Shown: positions 35,926 through 46,305, numbered from the stretch's first letter. The stretch: DNA of 64,000 bases from Candidatus Latescibacterota bacterium (GCA_965204745.1 OZ242010.1:4480001-4544000), one strand, 5' to 3'. The notes: generated by a model from the letters alone, not told the origin. Made by a program: numbers and translations.

Positions 35926-37143
35926 TTATGCGTGGGATTGCGGTGAATTTGTGGGCGGAACCAGGACGAGTTGGCTGAGGAACGCGGCCATCACCAGGCC
36001 CGTCATGAACGCATTGTGCTGAAATTCGAGGAGGTACACGGCTTGCGCGGCCAACGCCACGGCCAGGGTACCTTGGGGATGCCAACTGATGGCGAATAAG
36101 TCGCGCCCAGTGCGCGGGATTTCCCAGAGGTTTTGCGAGAACGCGAACCCAATGGTGCGGCCCATGCCGCGCACGAGCAACATGGTGAACGCGAGCGGCA
36201 AAAGCGGGGACCAGGCGAAAAATGGCCCGTTGACAAATTCCCCGATGAGCGTGCCGAGCAGCGCGAAAAAGATCGGCTCTATCACGTCATTCGCGCGCGC
36301 GGTAAATTCCGCGACCTCGCGCTTGGCCACGGTGGCGTTGATCAGCCACGCCCCCGCGAGAAAGCCCACGCCGAGCGCGGGCAGGCCCGGGGCTTGGGAC
36401 AAGCCAAACAGGGCGATCGCGATGCCCATCACCAGGCTCATGGCGCGGGACCCGGTGCGGTGGCTGCGAAACGAAAAATCGAGCGCGACGCCCCCTGCGA
36501 CCCCCAAGCCGAGCATGAGCAACGCCATCCCCATCGGGCCTATGAAGGTCTGGTTGCCAAACGAAAAGATGGGTTGCGCTGCGGTCAGGGGAAACGCGAC
36601 GCACAATATGACCATCGCGGCGATGTTGCTAAGGGGAAGGTCTTGGCCCGAAATCCGGTGGGGAAGGCCGCGGTTGGGCCACTGAAAAAAAGGCGCGGGC
36701 AAGCGCGTGGCAAGGGCAAAGCTGGCGAGCAGGACGGCGGCGATGGGCAAATTTTGCACCAAGCCCAAGTCGCGGTACAGGGTCTCGTCGCTGGCCAGGA
36801 CCGCGAGAATCGCAAACCCGCCCGTGGCGAGCGCGCCGGCCACTTGCGCGTAGATCCCCGAAAGCCCGGCATTTCGCAGGTGTTGGAGGTTCGCCGACAG
36901 CCCGGTTTGCAGGCCGACCCACAGGAGAATCGCGCCGATGCAATTCGACCGCACCAGGTCAAACGGTTGGAACAGTGCGTCGGCTTTGGGGAAAAACAGC
37001 CCGACGAGAACCCCCACGATCAGGTAATGCAACCTGCCCAGTCGCAAGCTGTCTAGCAAGGGATAGGGCGGGGTTCGCCGAAAGAGTTCGCGTCCAAAAA
37101 AAAATGTGCCAAAACCCGCGATTAAGCTCAAAATAAAAGCCAT
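35926..37143 (-). CDS. Multi-pass membrane protein, cation:proton antiporter-like
   Basis: YLIVGVLVG, LWVGLQTG, GFLAGAWLIN, EPIFFALLG, PQGTLAVALA. Confidence 0.62.
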   Translation of the reverse strand: MAFILSLIAGFGTFFFGRELFRRTPPYPLLDSLRLGRLHYLIVGVLVGLFFPKADALFQPFDLVRSNCIGAILLWVGLQTGLSANLQHLRNAGLSGIYAQVAGALATGGFAILAVLASDETLYRDLGLVQNLPIAAVLLASFALATRLPAPFFQWPNRGLPHRISGQDLPLSNIAAMVILCVAFPLTAAQPIFSFGNQTFIGPMGMALLMLGLGVAGGVALDFSFRSHRTGSRAMSLVMGIAIALFGLSQAPGLPALGVGFLAGAWLINATVAKREVAEFTARANDVIEPIFFALLGTLIGEFVNGPFFAWSPLLPLAFTMLLVRGMGRTIGFAFSQNLWEIPRTGRDLFAISWHPQGTLAVALAAQAVYLLEFQHNAFMTGLVMAAFLSQLVLVPPTNSPQSHA

Positions 37144-37190
37144 GAAACACCTGCTCGTTGGGAGAAATGGCGGCGTCTTGAGTGCGGTGG

Positions 37191-37219
37191 ATTATACTTT
37201 TTTCCGCGCACAGAGTCAA
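37191..37219 (-). promoter_or_regulatory. sigma70-type promoter for the antiporter-like pair
   Basis: Minus strand TTGACT-17 nt-TATAAT. Confidence 0.75.
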
Positions 37220-37243
37220 GGCAGAAGTGCCCGCCCCCCGCCC

Positions 37244-37272
37244 TTGACAGTCCGGAACATAAGGCTTATATT
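37244..37272 (+). promoter_or_regulatory. sigma70-type promoter for rsbW-hpf-hprK
   Basis: TTGACA-17 nt-TATATT. Confidence 0.75.
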
Positions 37273-37431
37273 CGCGGGTGGTTAAGACGCGACCGGGCAG
37301 ACGGGAAAGGCGAAAAGCACCCCCAAACAAACCCATCAGAACGCGGATGAGAGGCATGTCCTACGCGGTTAAAGCGTTCCAACGCAGGCCCCGTGCTCGC
37401 CTGCTTCAGCATAACGAGAGGTGGCGTTCCC

Positions 37432-37863
37432 ATGCAGGTGTTGACGCACAGCGCGCCGAGTTTGTACGAGCATCTCGACGCATTTGCCGATGTGGTCGAA
37501 TCGGCCATTCGGATCGCGGGCGTTTCAGAAGACGAGCGCGGCGACTTGATGGTCGCGGTCATGGAGGCGTTGAACAACGCGATTGACCACGGCAATGGCG
37601 AAGATGCGTCTCGGCAAGTGCATCTCAAGATCGATGTCCAACCCGCGTCCCTCACGGTTTGGGTGCGAGACGAGGGGCGGGGCTTCGATCCGGGTGCGAC
37701 GCGAGATCCGTGTGCGCCGGAAAATTTGATGCGCGATTCCGGGCGCGGGCTTTTGATGATGCGCGCCTTTATGGACGAAGTGGATCTCAGGCCCTCGCAA
37801 ACGGGCACGTTGGTGAAGATGGTCAAGTATTTTCCCGCTGAATCATCCCCATCCCACAGTTGA
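37432..37863 (+). CDS. RsbW-like anti-sigma factor / serine kinase (HATPase_c_2)
   Basis: EALNNAIDHGN, VRDEGRGFDP, SGRGLLMMRAFMDEV. Confidence 0.9.
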   Translation: MQVLTHSAPSLYEHLDAFADVVESAIRIAGVSEDERGDLMVAVMEALNNAIDHGNGEDASRQVHLKIDVQPASLTVWVRDEGRGFDPGATRDPCAPENLMRDSGRGLLMMRAFMDEVDLRPSQTGTLVKMVKYFPAESSPSHS

Positions 37864-37873
37864 GGAGGATGCC

Positions 37874-38176
37874 ATGCAAACGGTCATTTCAGGACATCAC
37901 TACCAAGTTTCGGACGCGACTCGCGGCCATATCAAAGCGGCGGTGGCGCGGTTCGAGCGGTTTTACAATCCGGTGCTGGATTGCCACGTCACCATCACCA
38001 AAGAAGAGCATGCCTTTCGCGTGGATATGATCGTCAATGTCCATAAGCACACCCTCAAAGCGTCGGACGAGGGCATCAAACTCTATCCCGCCATCGATGC
38101 GGCCGGCAAGAAGATGGTGCGTCAGTTGAAGAAGTTGCACGACCGCCGCAGAAAACCGCGTCCCGCCGCGGTTTAA
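37874..38176 (+). CDS. hpf: Ribosome hibernation promoting factor (HPF/RaiA)
   Basis: MQTVISGHHYQVSDA, LYPAIDAAGKKMVRQLKKLHD; adjacent to hprK. Confidence 0.85.
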   Translation: MQTVISGHHYQVSDATRGHIKAAVARFERFYNPVLDCHVTITKEEHAFRVDMIVNVHKHTLKASDEGIKLYPAIDAAGKKMVRQLKKLHDRRRKPRPAAV

Positions 38177-38199
38177 GGGCTTAAAGTGAGGCATACGCC

Positions 38200-39168
38200 A
38201 TGCCACAAATTTCGGTTGGCAAGCTGGTCAAAGAGTACGGCGACCAACTCGCGCTGACCCTCGTCGCAGGGCAAGGCGGGGTCGGCAATACGCTCTCGAC
38301 GAGCGATGTGCATCGGCCCGGTCTCGCACTCGCGGGCTTTCTCGGGCTTTTTACGTTTGACCGGGTTCAGGTGATGGGCAACACGGAGATGCTGTATTTG
38401 GCGAGTCTCGAGCAGGATGAGCAGCGCAAAACCCTCGAAACCATTTTTCAGTTTGAAATTCCCTGCGTGGTGATCACAGACGACAACGAGGTGATGCCCG
38501 AGATGATCGCCTTGTCCAATGCCCGCGATATTCCCCTGTTGACCACGCCGTTTGCCACCACCAAGTTCGCCCACCTCTTGTCTTATTATCTCGACGATGT
38601 GTTTGCCCCGCGCACGGCCATTCACGGTTCCCTGGTCGACGTGTACGGTATTGGGCTGTTGTTCGTCGGCGAGAGTGGGATTGGCAAAAGCGAGATCTCC
38701 GTGGATTTGGTCGAGCGCGGTCACCGCTTGGTCGCCGACGATGTGGTGATCGTGTCGCGCAAGGTGCAGGGCCTGATCGTGGGCAGCAGCGGCGATACCC
38801 TGCGCGATCACATGGAAATCCGCGGCTTGGGCATTTTGAATGTCCGCAACATGTTTGGGGTGCGCGCGGTTCGCATGCAAAAGCGCGTGGAGGTGGTCGT
38901 CAAGCTCATCAAATGGGATGACTCCGCGGCGTATGACCGCATCGGCCTCGACGAGGACTGGGTGTCGATTCTCGACGTCGAGGTGCCGCAGGTGACCGTG
39001 CCGATCTATCCGGGAAAAAATATCACGGTGATCGCCGAAACGATAGCCCTGAATTACCAACTCAAAATTCAGGGCTACCACACGGCACAAGAATTTAACC
39101 GCCGCTTGTTGGCGCGCATAAAAAACAAGCTGCGAGATGATATGCAGGTGCGCGCGGATATCGAGTGA
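38200..39168 (+). CDS. hprK: HPr(Ser) kinase/phosphatase
   Basis: RPGLALAGF, GESGIGKSE, HRLVADDVV, MEIRGLGIL, PGKN. Confidence 0.96.
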   Translation: MPQISVGKLVKEYGDQLALTLVAGQGGVGNTLSTSDVHRPGLALAGFLGLFTFDRVQVMGNTEMLYLASLEQDEQRKTLETIFQFEIPCVVITDDNEVMPEMIALSNARDIPLLTTPFATTKFAHLLSYYLDDVFAPRTAIHGSLVDVYGIGLLFVGESGIGKSEISVDLVERGHRLVADDVVIVSRKVQGLIVGSSGDTLRDHMEIRGLGILNVRNMFGVRAVRMQKRVEVVVKLIKWDDSAAYDRIGLDEDWVSILDVEVPQVTVPIYPGKNITVIAETIALNYQLKIQGYHTAQEFNRRLLARIKNKLRDDMQVRADIE

Positions 39169-39169
39169 T

Positions 39170-39199
39170 TAGGTCGTGTTGACATTTTATTTTTTACGT
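39170..39199. repeat. Solo end of MITE family A
   Basis: TA-GGTCGTGTTGACATTTTATTTTTTACGT matches the reverse complement of 4651-4681. Confidence 0.7.
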
Positions 39200-39208
39200 G
39201 AGGAATCC

Positions 39209-40144
39209 ATGAAGTTGAAATGTTTTGTCTTCGGCGCATTGTTGATTGGCGCGATTGGATGTGGGGAGCAACGGGATGCGCGGGAAAGCGACGCCCAACG
39301 CGCCCTGGCTTCTGCGCGGGATTTGGAAGAGGAATTGGCGGATTTGCCGCAGGCCATTGCGCGGTATGGCGAGATCGCGGCGCAATTCCCAAGTACGCAA
39401 GCAGCGCGCGTAGCGCAGTCGCGTCGGGCCATGCTCGAACAGGCACAGACGCGCTTGGCGGACAGAGATAGCATTTCCCAAGACAGCACGCAGGTCTTTT
39501 ACGAGGCGGTGGTCGAAATCGCGCCCGATTATTTTGCCGCGCTGAAAAAACTCGGCACGAATTACAGCAACCAACTGTACTTGAGCACGCTCTTGGCAGT
39601 GAGAATGGAGATGGAATCGACAAAAGATCACAGCTTGTCGATCTGGGCGAAACAGGACAGCATGTGGTCGCGCTATGATTTTCGGCCCATCCCGTCGAAC
39701 CGCGAATGGCAGGATCAGTTGTGCAAGGACGCGCTGAATGTCACGGAAATGCTGATCGCCCAAGCGTTCCGGGATTACGACCATGCGTTGGCGGTGATCA
39801 ACCGGGGCTTGGCGTATGCCTCGGGCAAAGACGTGATTTCACGCGCCAAAGTGTACGCGGCGTATTGCGTATTTTGGCAGGGCAAACCATCGGATCTCCA
39901 ACGGGGCATCGCGCTGGCAAACGAGGCCCTGAGCTACGAATTTTTGTCGGATAATGCTCGCGCCCGCGCCTATCACGTCATCGGCTTGTGCCATAGGTAT
40001 ATCTATGAAAATTCAAAGGATGTAGCGGATCTCGACAAGGCGATCAAAGCCCTCAACGAGGCCGTGAATATCGACGAGAAGATGGACGAGGCGCGGAAGT
40101 TGCTCAAAGAATCGCGCCAACAACGCGCAAAGATGGCGTCATAG
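39209..40144 (+). CDS. TPR-like repeat lipoprotein
   Basis: AIGC lipobox; AIARYGEIAAQFPST, ARAYHVIGLCH, DKAIKALNEAVNID helical repeats. Confidence 0.75.
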   Translation: MKLKCFVFGALLIGAIGCGEQRDARESDAQRALASARDLEEELADLPQAIARYGEIAAQFPSTQAARVAQSRRAMLEQAQTRLADRDSISQDSTQVFYEAVVEIAPDYFAALKKLGTNYSNQLYLSTLLAVRMEMESTKDHSLSIWAKQDSMWSRYDFRPIPSNREWQDQLCKDALNVTEMLIAQAFRDYDHALAVINRGLAYASGKDVISRAKVYAAYCVFWQGKPSDLQRGIALANEALSYEFLSDNARARAYHVIGLCHRYIYENSKDVADLDKAIKALNEAVNIDEKMDEARKLLKESRQQRAKMAS

Positions 40145-40158
40145 AAGTGGTCAGTGGT

Positions 40159-40516
40159 CAATGCGAATAAAGCGTTGCATCCATTTATTGGGACCTACCC
40201 CCCTGGCCCCCCTTCCTCACAGGAAGGGGGGAATGGCGAGAGGTTGTGCGAGGGGTTTGGGTTTCCATGGCGTGATCTATTTGCTCAAAGCCATCAGAAC
40301 AGCCAGGGAGACAAACCTTCAAAAAACCATGCGCTCCCCCTTTCCTTGTAGGAAAGGGGGCCGGGGGGATAGGTCCTACGAGGAAGGGGAAGAACATCTA
40401 TCGTTTGTTTTAGGACGAGTTCTAAAAGGCGATTCGGTAATGGATGACTCGTCCATGTCTTTGGGCGATTGGTCTCGGCTTGCTTCCTGCTCGCTTTCTA
40501 CTCTTAATTCGCATTG
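40159..40516. mobile_element. MITE family B, copy 2 (358 bp)
   Basis: TIR CAATGCGAAT...ATTCGCATTG; flanked by heptamer units GTGGTCAGTGGT and TCAGTTGTCAGTCC. Confidence 0.82.
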
Positions 40517-40561
40517 TCAGTTGTCAGTCCACTTTGCACGCTACACTTACCTCGCGTTTTT

Positions 40562-41878
40562 ATGAAAAAAATCGTTTGCAAATTTGGCGGGTCATCGGTT
40601 GCCGATGCCGAGCAGATCGAGAAGGTGGTGTCGATAGTGCAGAGCGACGACCGGCGGCGGTTTGTCGTTCCGTCCGCGCCCGGCAAGCGGTCCGATGGCG
40701 ATACAAAAATTACCGATTTGCTCTATTTGTGCCACGAACTCGCGCGGCAAAACATCGACTTTTCCGAGGCGTTTGACAAAATCCGCACGCGATTTTTAGA
40801 CCTCGCAACCGCGCTCGGGTTGTCGCTCGATATGGATGGCTTGCTCGATGAAATCGGCCGCCTGATCAAAGAAGGCGCGGGCCGCGATTGCGTGGCCTCT
40901 CGCGGCGAATATCTGAGTGGGCGCGTTTTGGCCGAGGTCTTGGGTGCCGCGTTTGTCGATCCCGCAGAGGTGATTCTCTTCCGCTCGGATGGGCGTTTTG
41001 ACAGCGATGCGTCTCATGCCCGGTTGCGGGCGCGATTGGCCGAGGATCGCCGCTACGTGATTCCCGGGTTTTACGGCGCAGATGCCGAGGGCGAGATCGC
41101 GACATTTTCGCGCGGCGGGTCGGATATTACCGGCGCGATTGTGGCCCGTGCAGTGGGCGCGTCGGTGTACGAAAACTGGACCGATGTCTCTGGGTTGCTC
41201 ATGGCGGACCCGCGCATGGTGAGCGATCCCTTGCCCGTCGAGGAAATTACCTACCGCGAGATGCGCGAATTGGCCTATATGGGCGCCGATGTTTTTCACG
41301 ACGAAGCCATGTTTCCGGTGCGCTCGGCTGAAATCCCGGTTCACATCCTCAATACCAATCGCCCCGATGACGCGGGCACGCGAATCGTACCGCGCCGAGC
41401 GCGCGCAGATCGCATGATCGCCGGCGTGGCGGGCAGGCCCAATTTTAGCATGCTCTTTATCGAAAAAGCCATGATGAATCAGACGAGGGGATTTGGGCAA
41501 CGGGTTTTAGAGGTGGTCGCGCGGCACGGGATCAGCTACGACCACACGCCTTCAGGCATCGATACGATGTCGGTCATTATCCAAGATGAACAGTTGGCGC
41601 ACAAAGGCGAGCTCCTCGTGGAAGACATTCAGCGCATCCTCGAACCGGACCGCGTTGAACTCATTCGCGGCCTCGCGCTGATCGCCACGGTCGGCGAGGG
41701 CATGGCGCATCGGGTGGGCATTGCAGCGCGGTTGTTTTCCGCACTGGCCGATGCCGGGGTCAATGTGCGGGTGATCGATCAAGGGGCTTCGGAAATCAAT
41801 ATTATCGTGGGCGTCAAAGAGGCCGATCTCGACCGCGCCCTCGTCGCCATTTACCGAGCGTTTGTCACGCAAAAATGA
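40562..41878 (+). CDS. lysC: Aspartate kinase
   Basis: CKFGGSSVADA, VPSAPGKR, FSRGGSDITG, ENWTDVSG, two ACT domains. Confidence 0.93.
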   Translation: MKKIVCKFGGSSVADAEQIEKVVSIVQSDDRRRFVVPSAPGKRSDGDTKITDLLYLCHELARQNIDFSEAFDKIRTRFLDLATALGLSLDMDGLLDEIGRLIKEGAGRDCVASRGEYLSGRVLAEVLGAAFVDPAEVILFRSDGRFDSDASHARLRARLAEDRRYVIPGFYGADAEGEIATFSRGGSDITGAIVARAVGASVYENWTDVSGLLMADPRMVSDPLPVEEITYREMRELAYMGADVFHDEAMFPVRSAEIPVHILNTNRPDDAGTRIVPRRARADRMIAGVAGRPNFSMLFIEKAMMNQTRGFGQRVLEVVARHGISYDHTPSGIDTMSVIIQDEQLAHKGELLVEDIQRILEPDRVELIRGLALIATVGEGMAHRVGIAARLFSALADAGVNVRVIDQGASEINIIVGVKEADLDRALVAIYRAFVTQK

Positions 41879-41886
41879 GGAATGCC

Positions 41887-42930
41887 ATGAAAATTCTCGT
41901 CACGGGATCACACGGCAGGGTGGGGGGCAATCTGGTCAAACGCCTGCTCGATCAAGGCCACGACATCCGCGGCTTTGTCTATCCCGGCGATGCGAGTCGG
42001 GCGGGCAAGTGGAAAGGGGTGGATGAGGTGGAGGTCGTCGAGGGCGACCTGCGCGATTTCGAGGTCGTGTCGCGCGCGGTTGAAGGCGTGGATGCCGTGT
42101 ACCATCTGGCCGCGGCCTTTGCAAGCCCACACAGCAATATCGACTATTTGCAGATCAACGGGCTGGGCACGCTGCATCTGCTCGAAGCCGTGCGCGAGAA
42201 AGTGCCCCAGTTGCAGCGTTTTGTGTACGCGTGTACAGAAGCCATCTACTGGAAGGTCGAGGAAGCGGGGCGCCTGTTCGAGAAGCCGATTTCCGAGGCG
42301 ATGGTCAGCCGAACCCATGCGATGCCGTATTTTTTGACCAAGTGGATCGGCGAAGAATTGGTGATGAATTACAGCGTGCAATACGGCCTGCCGTGCGTGG
42401 TCTGTCGGTTTGCGACCATTTTTGAACCGAGTGAATTTTTGACCGAAGACGGCGTTCCCAAATTTTGCGCCCTCAGACCGGCGCTCGACCGGTTGCGCCG
42501 CGCGAAAAATCCGACTCAACGCGCCCAATGCGCGGCCCTCGAAAAAGCATGGGCAGAGGGTGCGCGGGTGTTGATCAGCCGTTGCCCCGATGGCAGGAGT
42601 TTTAAGCAGGAGTGGGCCGATGTGCGCGATATTGCCCTCGGCCTGGCTTTGGCATTGGAACACGACCGAGCAATAGGCGAAGCGTTCACCCTTGGCGGCT
42701 TGCTCGTCGTGTGGGAAGACGATGTCCCCCAAATTGCCCAACGCCTAAGCGTGGGCTATGCAGAAGCGACCATGCCCGCGCCGAATTTTTTTGAATTTGA
42801 TCGGACCAAGGCCCAAACGCTGCTCGGCTATCGCGCCGAGCACGACTTGTGGAGCACGCTAAATACGGCGTTGGCGATGCGAGCGGGCAAAGAGACAGAT
42901 GTCGTTCCCACGGGGGTCAGGTACGGGTGA
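41887..42930 (+). CDS. NAD-dependent epimerase/dehydratase
   Basis: ILVTGSHGRVG, YHLAA, YFLTK (YxxxK), DVRDIA. Confidence 0.9.
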   Translation: MKILVTGSHGRVGGNLVKRLLDQGHDIRGFVYPGDASRAGKWKGVDEVEVVEGDLRDFEVVSRAVEGVDAVYHLAAAFASPHSNIDYLQINGLGTLHLLEAVREKVPQLQRFVYACTEAIYWKVEEAGRLFEKPISEAMVSRTHAMPYFLTKWIGEELVMNYSVQYGLPCVVCRFATIFEPSEFLTEDGVPKFCALRPALDRLRRAKNPTQRAQCAALEKAWAEGARVLISRCPDGRSFKQEWADVRDIALGLALALEHDRAIGEAFTLGGLLVVWEDDVPQIAQRLSVGYAEATMPAPNFFEFDRTKAQTLLGYRAEHDLWSTLNTALAMRAGKETDVVPTGVRYG

Positions 42931-43012
42931 GACCGCCAAATGAAAGGAATTTCTATGAGAGGAACTTCGCACATCCCCTTTCACAATGAGGTTTATCTTC
43001 GAGGAGAATTTT

Positions 43013-46000
43013 ATGAGACGCTGGAGTGAATGCAGTTCGATTCTGTTTTTTGCGGCCTTGCTCTTTGCCGCGCAACCGTTGCCTGTTCGGGCGCAATCGA
43101 CCGGGCATATCGCGGGCACAGTGGTCGATGCCGCGAGTGGCGAGAAGTTGGAATTTGTGCAATTTTACATCCAAGCGCTGAATGTGGGCGCGATGTCAGA
43201 CGAGGAAGGCCGGTTTCACATCCAAAATGTGCCGCCCGGCACGCACGAACTCAAGGCGGATTTGATCGGCTATACGGGCATCACACAGACCGTGACCGTA
43301 ACCGCCGAGCAAACGACGACGGTCGCGTTGCAGATGGCGCCTTCCGCGCTCTTTCTCGACGAAGTGGTGGTGACCGGCACGGCATTTAAGGAATCGCCCA
43401 TCAGTTTGACCTATGCGGTCGCCGTGGTGGGCCGCGACAAAATGAAGGAACAAGGGTCGCCGCAAGCCACCGATTTCTTCAAGAACATCAGTGCGAGCCA
43501 CGGCGTGATCGGCGAGCGGAACAGTTGGTACAATTCCAACCAAGCCGCCACCGTGGCGGAGAGCGTGGCCAATGTCAACCTGCGCGGTTTGGGGGCATCT
43601 CGGACGCTGGTGCTGATCAATGGTCTGCGTCAGGTGTATGTGCCGGCGCGCTTGATCGGCGGGCGCTTTGTCGATGTCAATGCCATTCCCTCTATCGCCA
43701 TCGACCGCATCGAGGTGCTCAAAGAAGGCGCCTCGGCCATCTACGGCTCGGATGCCGTGGCCGGCGTCGCCAATTTCCTGACCCGCGCGGACTTCAATGG
43801 TTTTGAAATTTCGGGCGCGTATGACCACATTGCCAATGCAGGCGATGCGAACATCGGCGCGATATGGGGTGGAAAACTCGGCAATTCCCAGGCCGTTATT
43901 TCTGCGGAATGGTTGGGCCGCCAAGAATTGGCAACCCGAGACCGCGACTACCTGCTGGTGCCTTGGCACGGGGCCGGTCAGCGCATGGGGTGGTCGAGCC
44001 TGGGCAACCCCGGCACCTTCGCTGTTGGAGCACCCGAACCCTGGACTGCCACCATCCACGCGCCGCGCTGTAAGGAGTTCGGAGGTCACAAGGAATCGTG
44101 GACCTGCCGCTTCCGCTATCAGCCCTGGGACAACCTCATCGAAGGCACGCGCCATACCCGCGCGTTTGCCGAGATCAACGGTTCGCTGGACAATGGCACC
44201 GATTACCACATCGAAGGGTTGTGGGCACAGGCCGAGATTCCCAACTGGTACACGACGCCTTCCTACCCGCCCTTTCCCATTACGGACACGCGCATCATGG
44301 AGGTCGCGCCCAACCACCCGGGCCGGGTGGCTTTTTGCCGCGAGGACTACAGCCATCTTGAGGAAGTTGAAGGTGAACACGACTACGCCGAGGAATGCGC
44401 CGGCGACGAGAATTGGTATTTCAACGGGCGGCCGTTCGGAAATTCGGGACCCGAACGCCTCTTGAGCCGCAATTCCAACACCTGGCGCGTGGCCGCTTCT
44501 GCGGATGGCGACTTCAAGGCGACCCATTTCAACTTGGGCCTCTCCTATTCCCGGTCTTCGGGCTACCTGAGCAATCCGGGCGTGTACACCGAACGCATGT
44601 TCCTCGCCTTCCGCGGCTTTGGCGGCCCGGACTGCGGCGTGGGCGTGATCGCGGACCGCGAGAACGACGCAAAGATGCGGCTCGGCGCGCTCAATGGCGC
44701 AGCCCCGGGCGTGGGCAACTGCATGTATTACAACCCGTTCAGCAACGCCATCGAGTATTCGCAACAACCCGGCGCAGATTTCGAGACCGAGCGGAATCCA
44801 TCGTACCGCGCCGACCTCGCCAACAGTGAGGCATTGCGGCAATGGCTCAACGAGGAAGTCGGTTTGTCCAGCACCGCGGATATGCTGGTTGCCGATGCGA
44901 CATTGACGGGGACATTGAGCGAAAATGTCTGGGTCAACGCGAGTTATGCCGCGGGGTATCAATTCCGCAGGCTCAATGCCACCGGCGACCCCGACGATGT
45001 GGCCGATGTCACCAAAAACCCCTGCCCGGTCGTGGGCGATACGAATTGCTCGGAGGAAGACAAGTTCGGCCCCTATCTCTTCACGAACGTGTATCGGCCC
45101 TATTCCGCAAATCAGACCGTACACCGCTTCTTCGGAGAAATTCCCCTGAGCTTGGGCGAGCGGTTCGACGTGCAACTAGCTGGGAACTACGAGTTCCACA
45201 ATTTTGCGAGCAGTTTCGATCCCAAATTCGGCTGGCGTGTGCAACTCTCGCAATCCGAGACCCACTCTTTGTTTTTGCGCGGCTCGGTGCAAACGACGTT
45301 TCGCACGCCCTCGCTGGACGATGTCAATGAAACCACGCTGACCACACTTGAATGGATCAACCAAACGGGTGCCTATCAAGCGGTGGATCGCTTCGGCAGC
45401 CCGGATCTCAAACCCGAACAGGCGTTCACCTACAACGCGGGTCTCTCTCTGGCCACCGAGGCGGGCTTTGACGCGACATTGGATTATTGGAGCTACGATT
45501 TTAGCGATGTGATCGGCGCCATGCCCTACGGTAAGATCGTGGACCTCTATGAGGCCGAAGACACAAAGGACGCTGTGAGGCAATTCATCGTCTGCCCGGA
45601 CGGCGTGGGCACCGGTACCTGCGATGCTGATGCACTCGAGCGGGTGCGAATCGATCTCGTCAATTGGCCGGGGGTCAAGACCTCGGGTTTGGATGTCCAC
45701 TTAGGCGTTCGGATACCGACAGGACCGGGGCACTTGGCGACGAGTTTGGACGCCACCTATACGTTCAACTACCGCACCAAGGCCCTCATGCTACGCGATA
45801 GCGACTTGGAGCTCCAAGGGGCGACAGACGCTGCCGGCTACCTGAATTTCGGCAACCCCATCGCGACCTCCATTCCCAAGTTGAAGGGCCAAGCATCGGC
45901 GGGCTACCACTGGAAAAACTACAGCCTCGTGAGTTACCTAAACTACATTTCGTCTTACGAGGATCGCGGATCAAAGGCGAGGGACGACAACCCAGTCATT

Positions 46001-46213
46001 CGGGACTTATTCAGCACCATCGACCCGTTCATCACTTGGGATGTGAGTTTTCTGTGGACCTTGTCCAAGAAATTCAACCTCGCACTCTCGGGGGTGAATT
46101 TGCTCGCCAAGAGGCCGCCAATGGCGAATGTCGAGCAAGCCTACGATGGCTTCACGCACACCCCCAAAGGCCGAAAATTGAAATTGGCGGTTACATATCA
46201 ACTCGCCGACTAA
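43013..46213 (+). CDS. TonB-dependent receptor with N-terminal carboxypeptidase-regulatory-like domain
   Basis: Signal peptide, LDEVVVTG, NLRGLGASRTLVLING, IDRIEVLKEGASAIYGSDAVAGVANF, PDLKPEQA. Confidence 0.95.
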   Translation: MRRWSECSSILFFAALLFAAQPLPVRAQSTGHIAGTVVDAASGEKLEFVQFYIQALNVGAMSDEEGRFHIQNVPPGTHELKADLIGYTGITQTVTVTAEQTTTVALQMAPSALFLDEVVVTGTAFKESPISLTYAVAVVGRDKMKEQGSPQATDFFKNISASHGVIGERNSWYNSNQAATVAESVANVNLRGLGASRTLVLINGLRQVYVPARLIGGRFVDVNAIPSIAIDRIEVLKEGASAIYGSDAVAGVANFLTRADFNGFEISGAYDHIANAGDANIGAIWGGKLGNSQAVISAEWLGRQELATRDRDYLLVPWHGAGQRMGWSSLGNPGTFAVGAPEPWTATIHAPRCKEFGGHKESWTCRFRYQPWDNLIEGTRHTRAFAEINGSLDNGTDYHIEGLWAQAEIPNWYTTPSYPPFPITDTRIMEVAPNHPGRVAFCREDYSHLEEVEGEHDYAEECAGDENWYFNGRPFGNSGPERLLSRNSNTWRVAASADGDFKATHFNLGLSYSRSSGYLSNPGVYTERMFLAFRGFGGPDCGVGVIADRENDAKMRLGALNGAAPGVGNCMYYNPFSNAIEYSQQPGADFETERNPSYRADLANSEALRQWLNEEVGLSSTADMLVADATLTGTLSENVWVNASYAAGYQFRRLNATGDPDDVADVTKNPCPVVGDTNCSEEDKFGPYLFTNVYRPYSANQTVHRFFGEIPLSLGERFDVQLAGNYEFHNFASSFDPKFGWRVQLSQSETHSLFLRGSVQTTFRTPSLDDVNETTLTTLEWINQTGAYQAVDRFGSPDLKPEQAFTYNAGLSLATEAGFDATLDYWSYDFSDVIGAMPYGKIVDLYEAEDTKDAVRQFIVCPDGVGTGTCDADALERVRIDLVNWPGVKTSGLDVHLGVRIPTGPGHLATSLDATYTFNYRTKALMLRDSDLELQGATDAAGYLNFGNPIATSIPKLKGQASAGYHWKNYSLVSYLNYISSYEDRGSKARDDNPVIRDLFSTIDPFITWDVSFLWTLSKKFNLALSGVNLLAKRPPMANVEQAYDGFTHTPKGRKLKLAVTYQLAD

Positions 46214-46235
46214 AGTTTTGCGAGCGAAAAAAAAA

Positions 46236-46270
46236 CAAAAGGCATCCGGCGATGGCCGGATGCCTTTTGT
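46236..46270. terminator. Intrinsic (likely bidirectional) terminator
   Basis: ACAAAAGGCATCCGGC-gatg-GCCGGATGCCTTTTGT perfect stem. Confidence 0.8.
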
Positions 46271-46305
46271 ATCTTTGGGTTCAGCAAGTTGCCTTTCTTA
46301 GGAGA

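Noticed and set aside
42931-43012. Riboswitch upstream of the TonB-dependent receptor
   Set aside because: Only about 80 nt of intergenic space and no recognisable cobalamin or TPP motif
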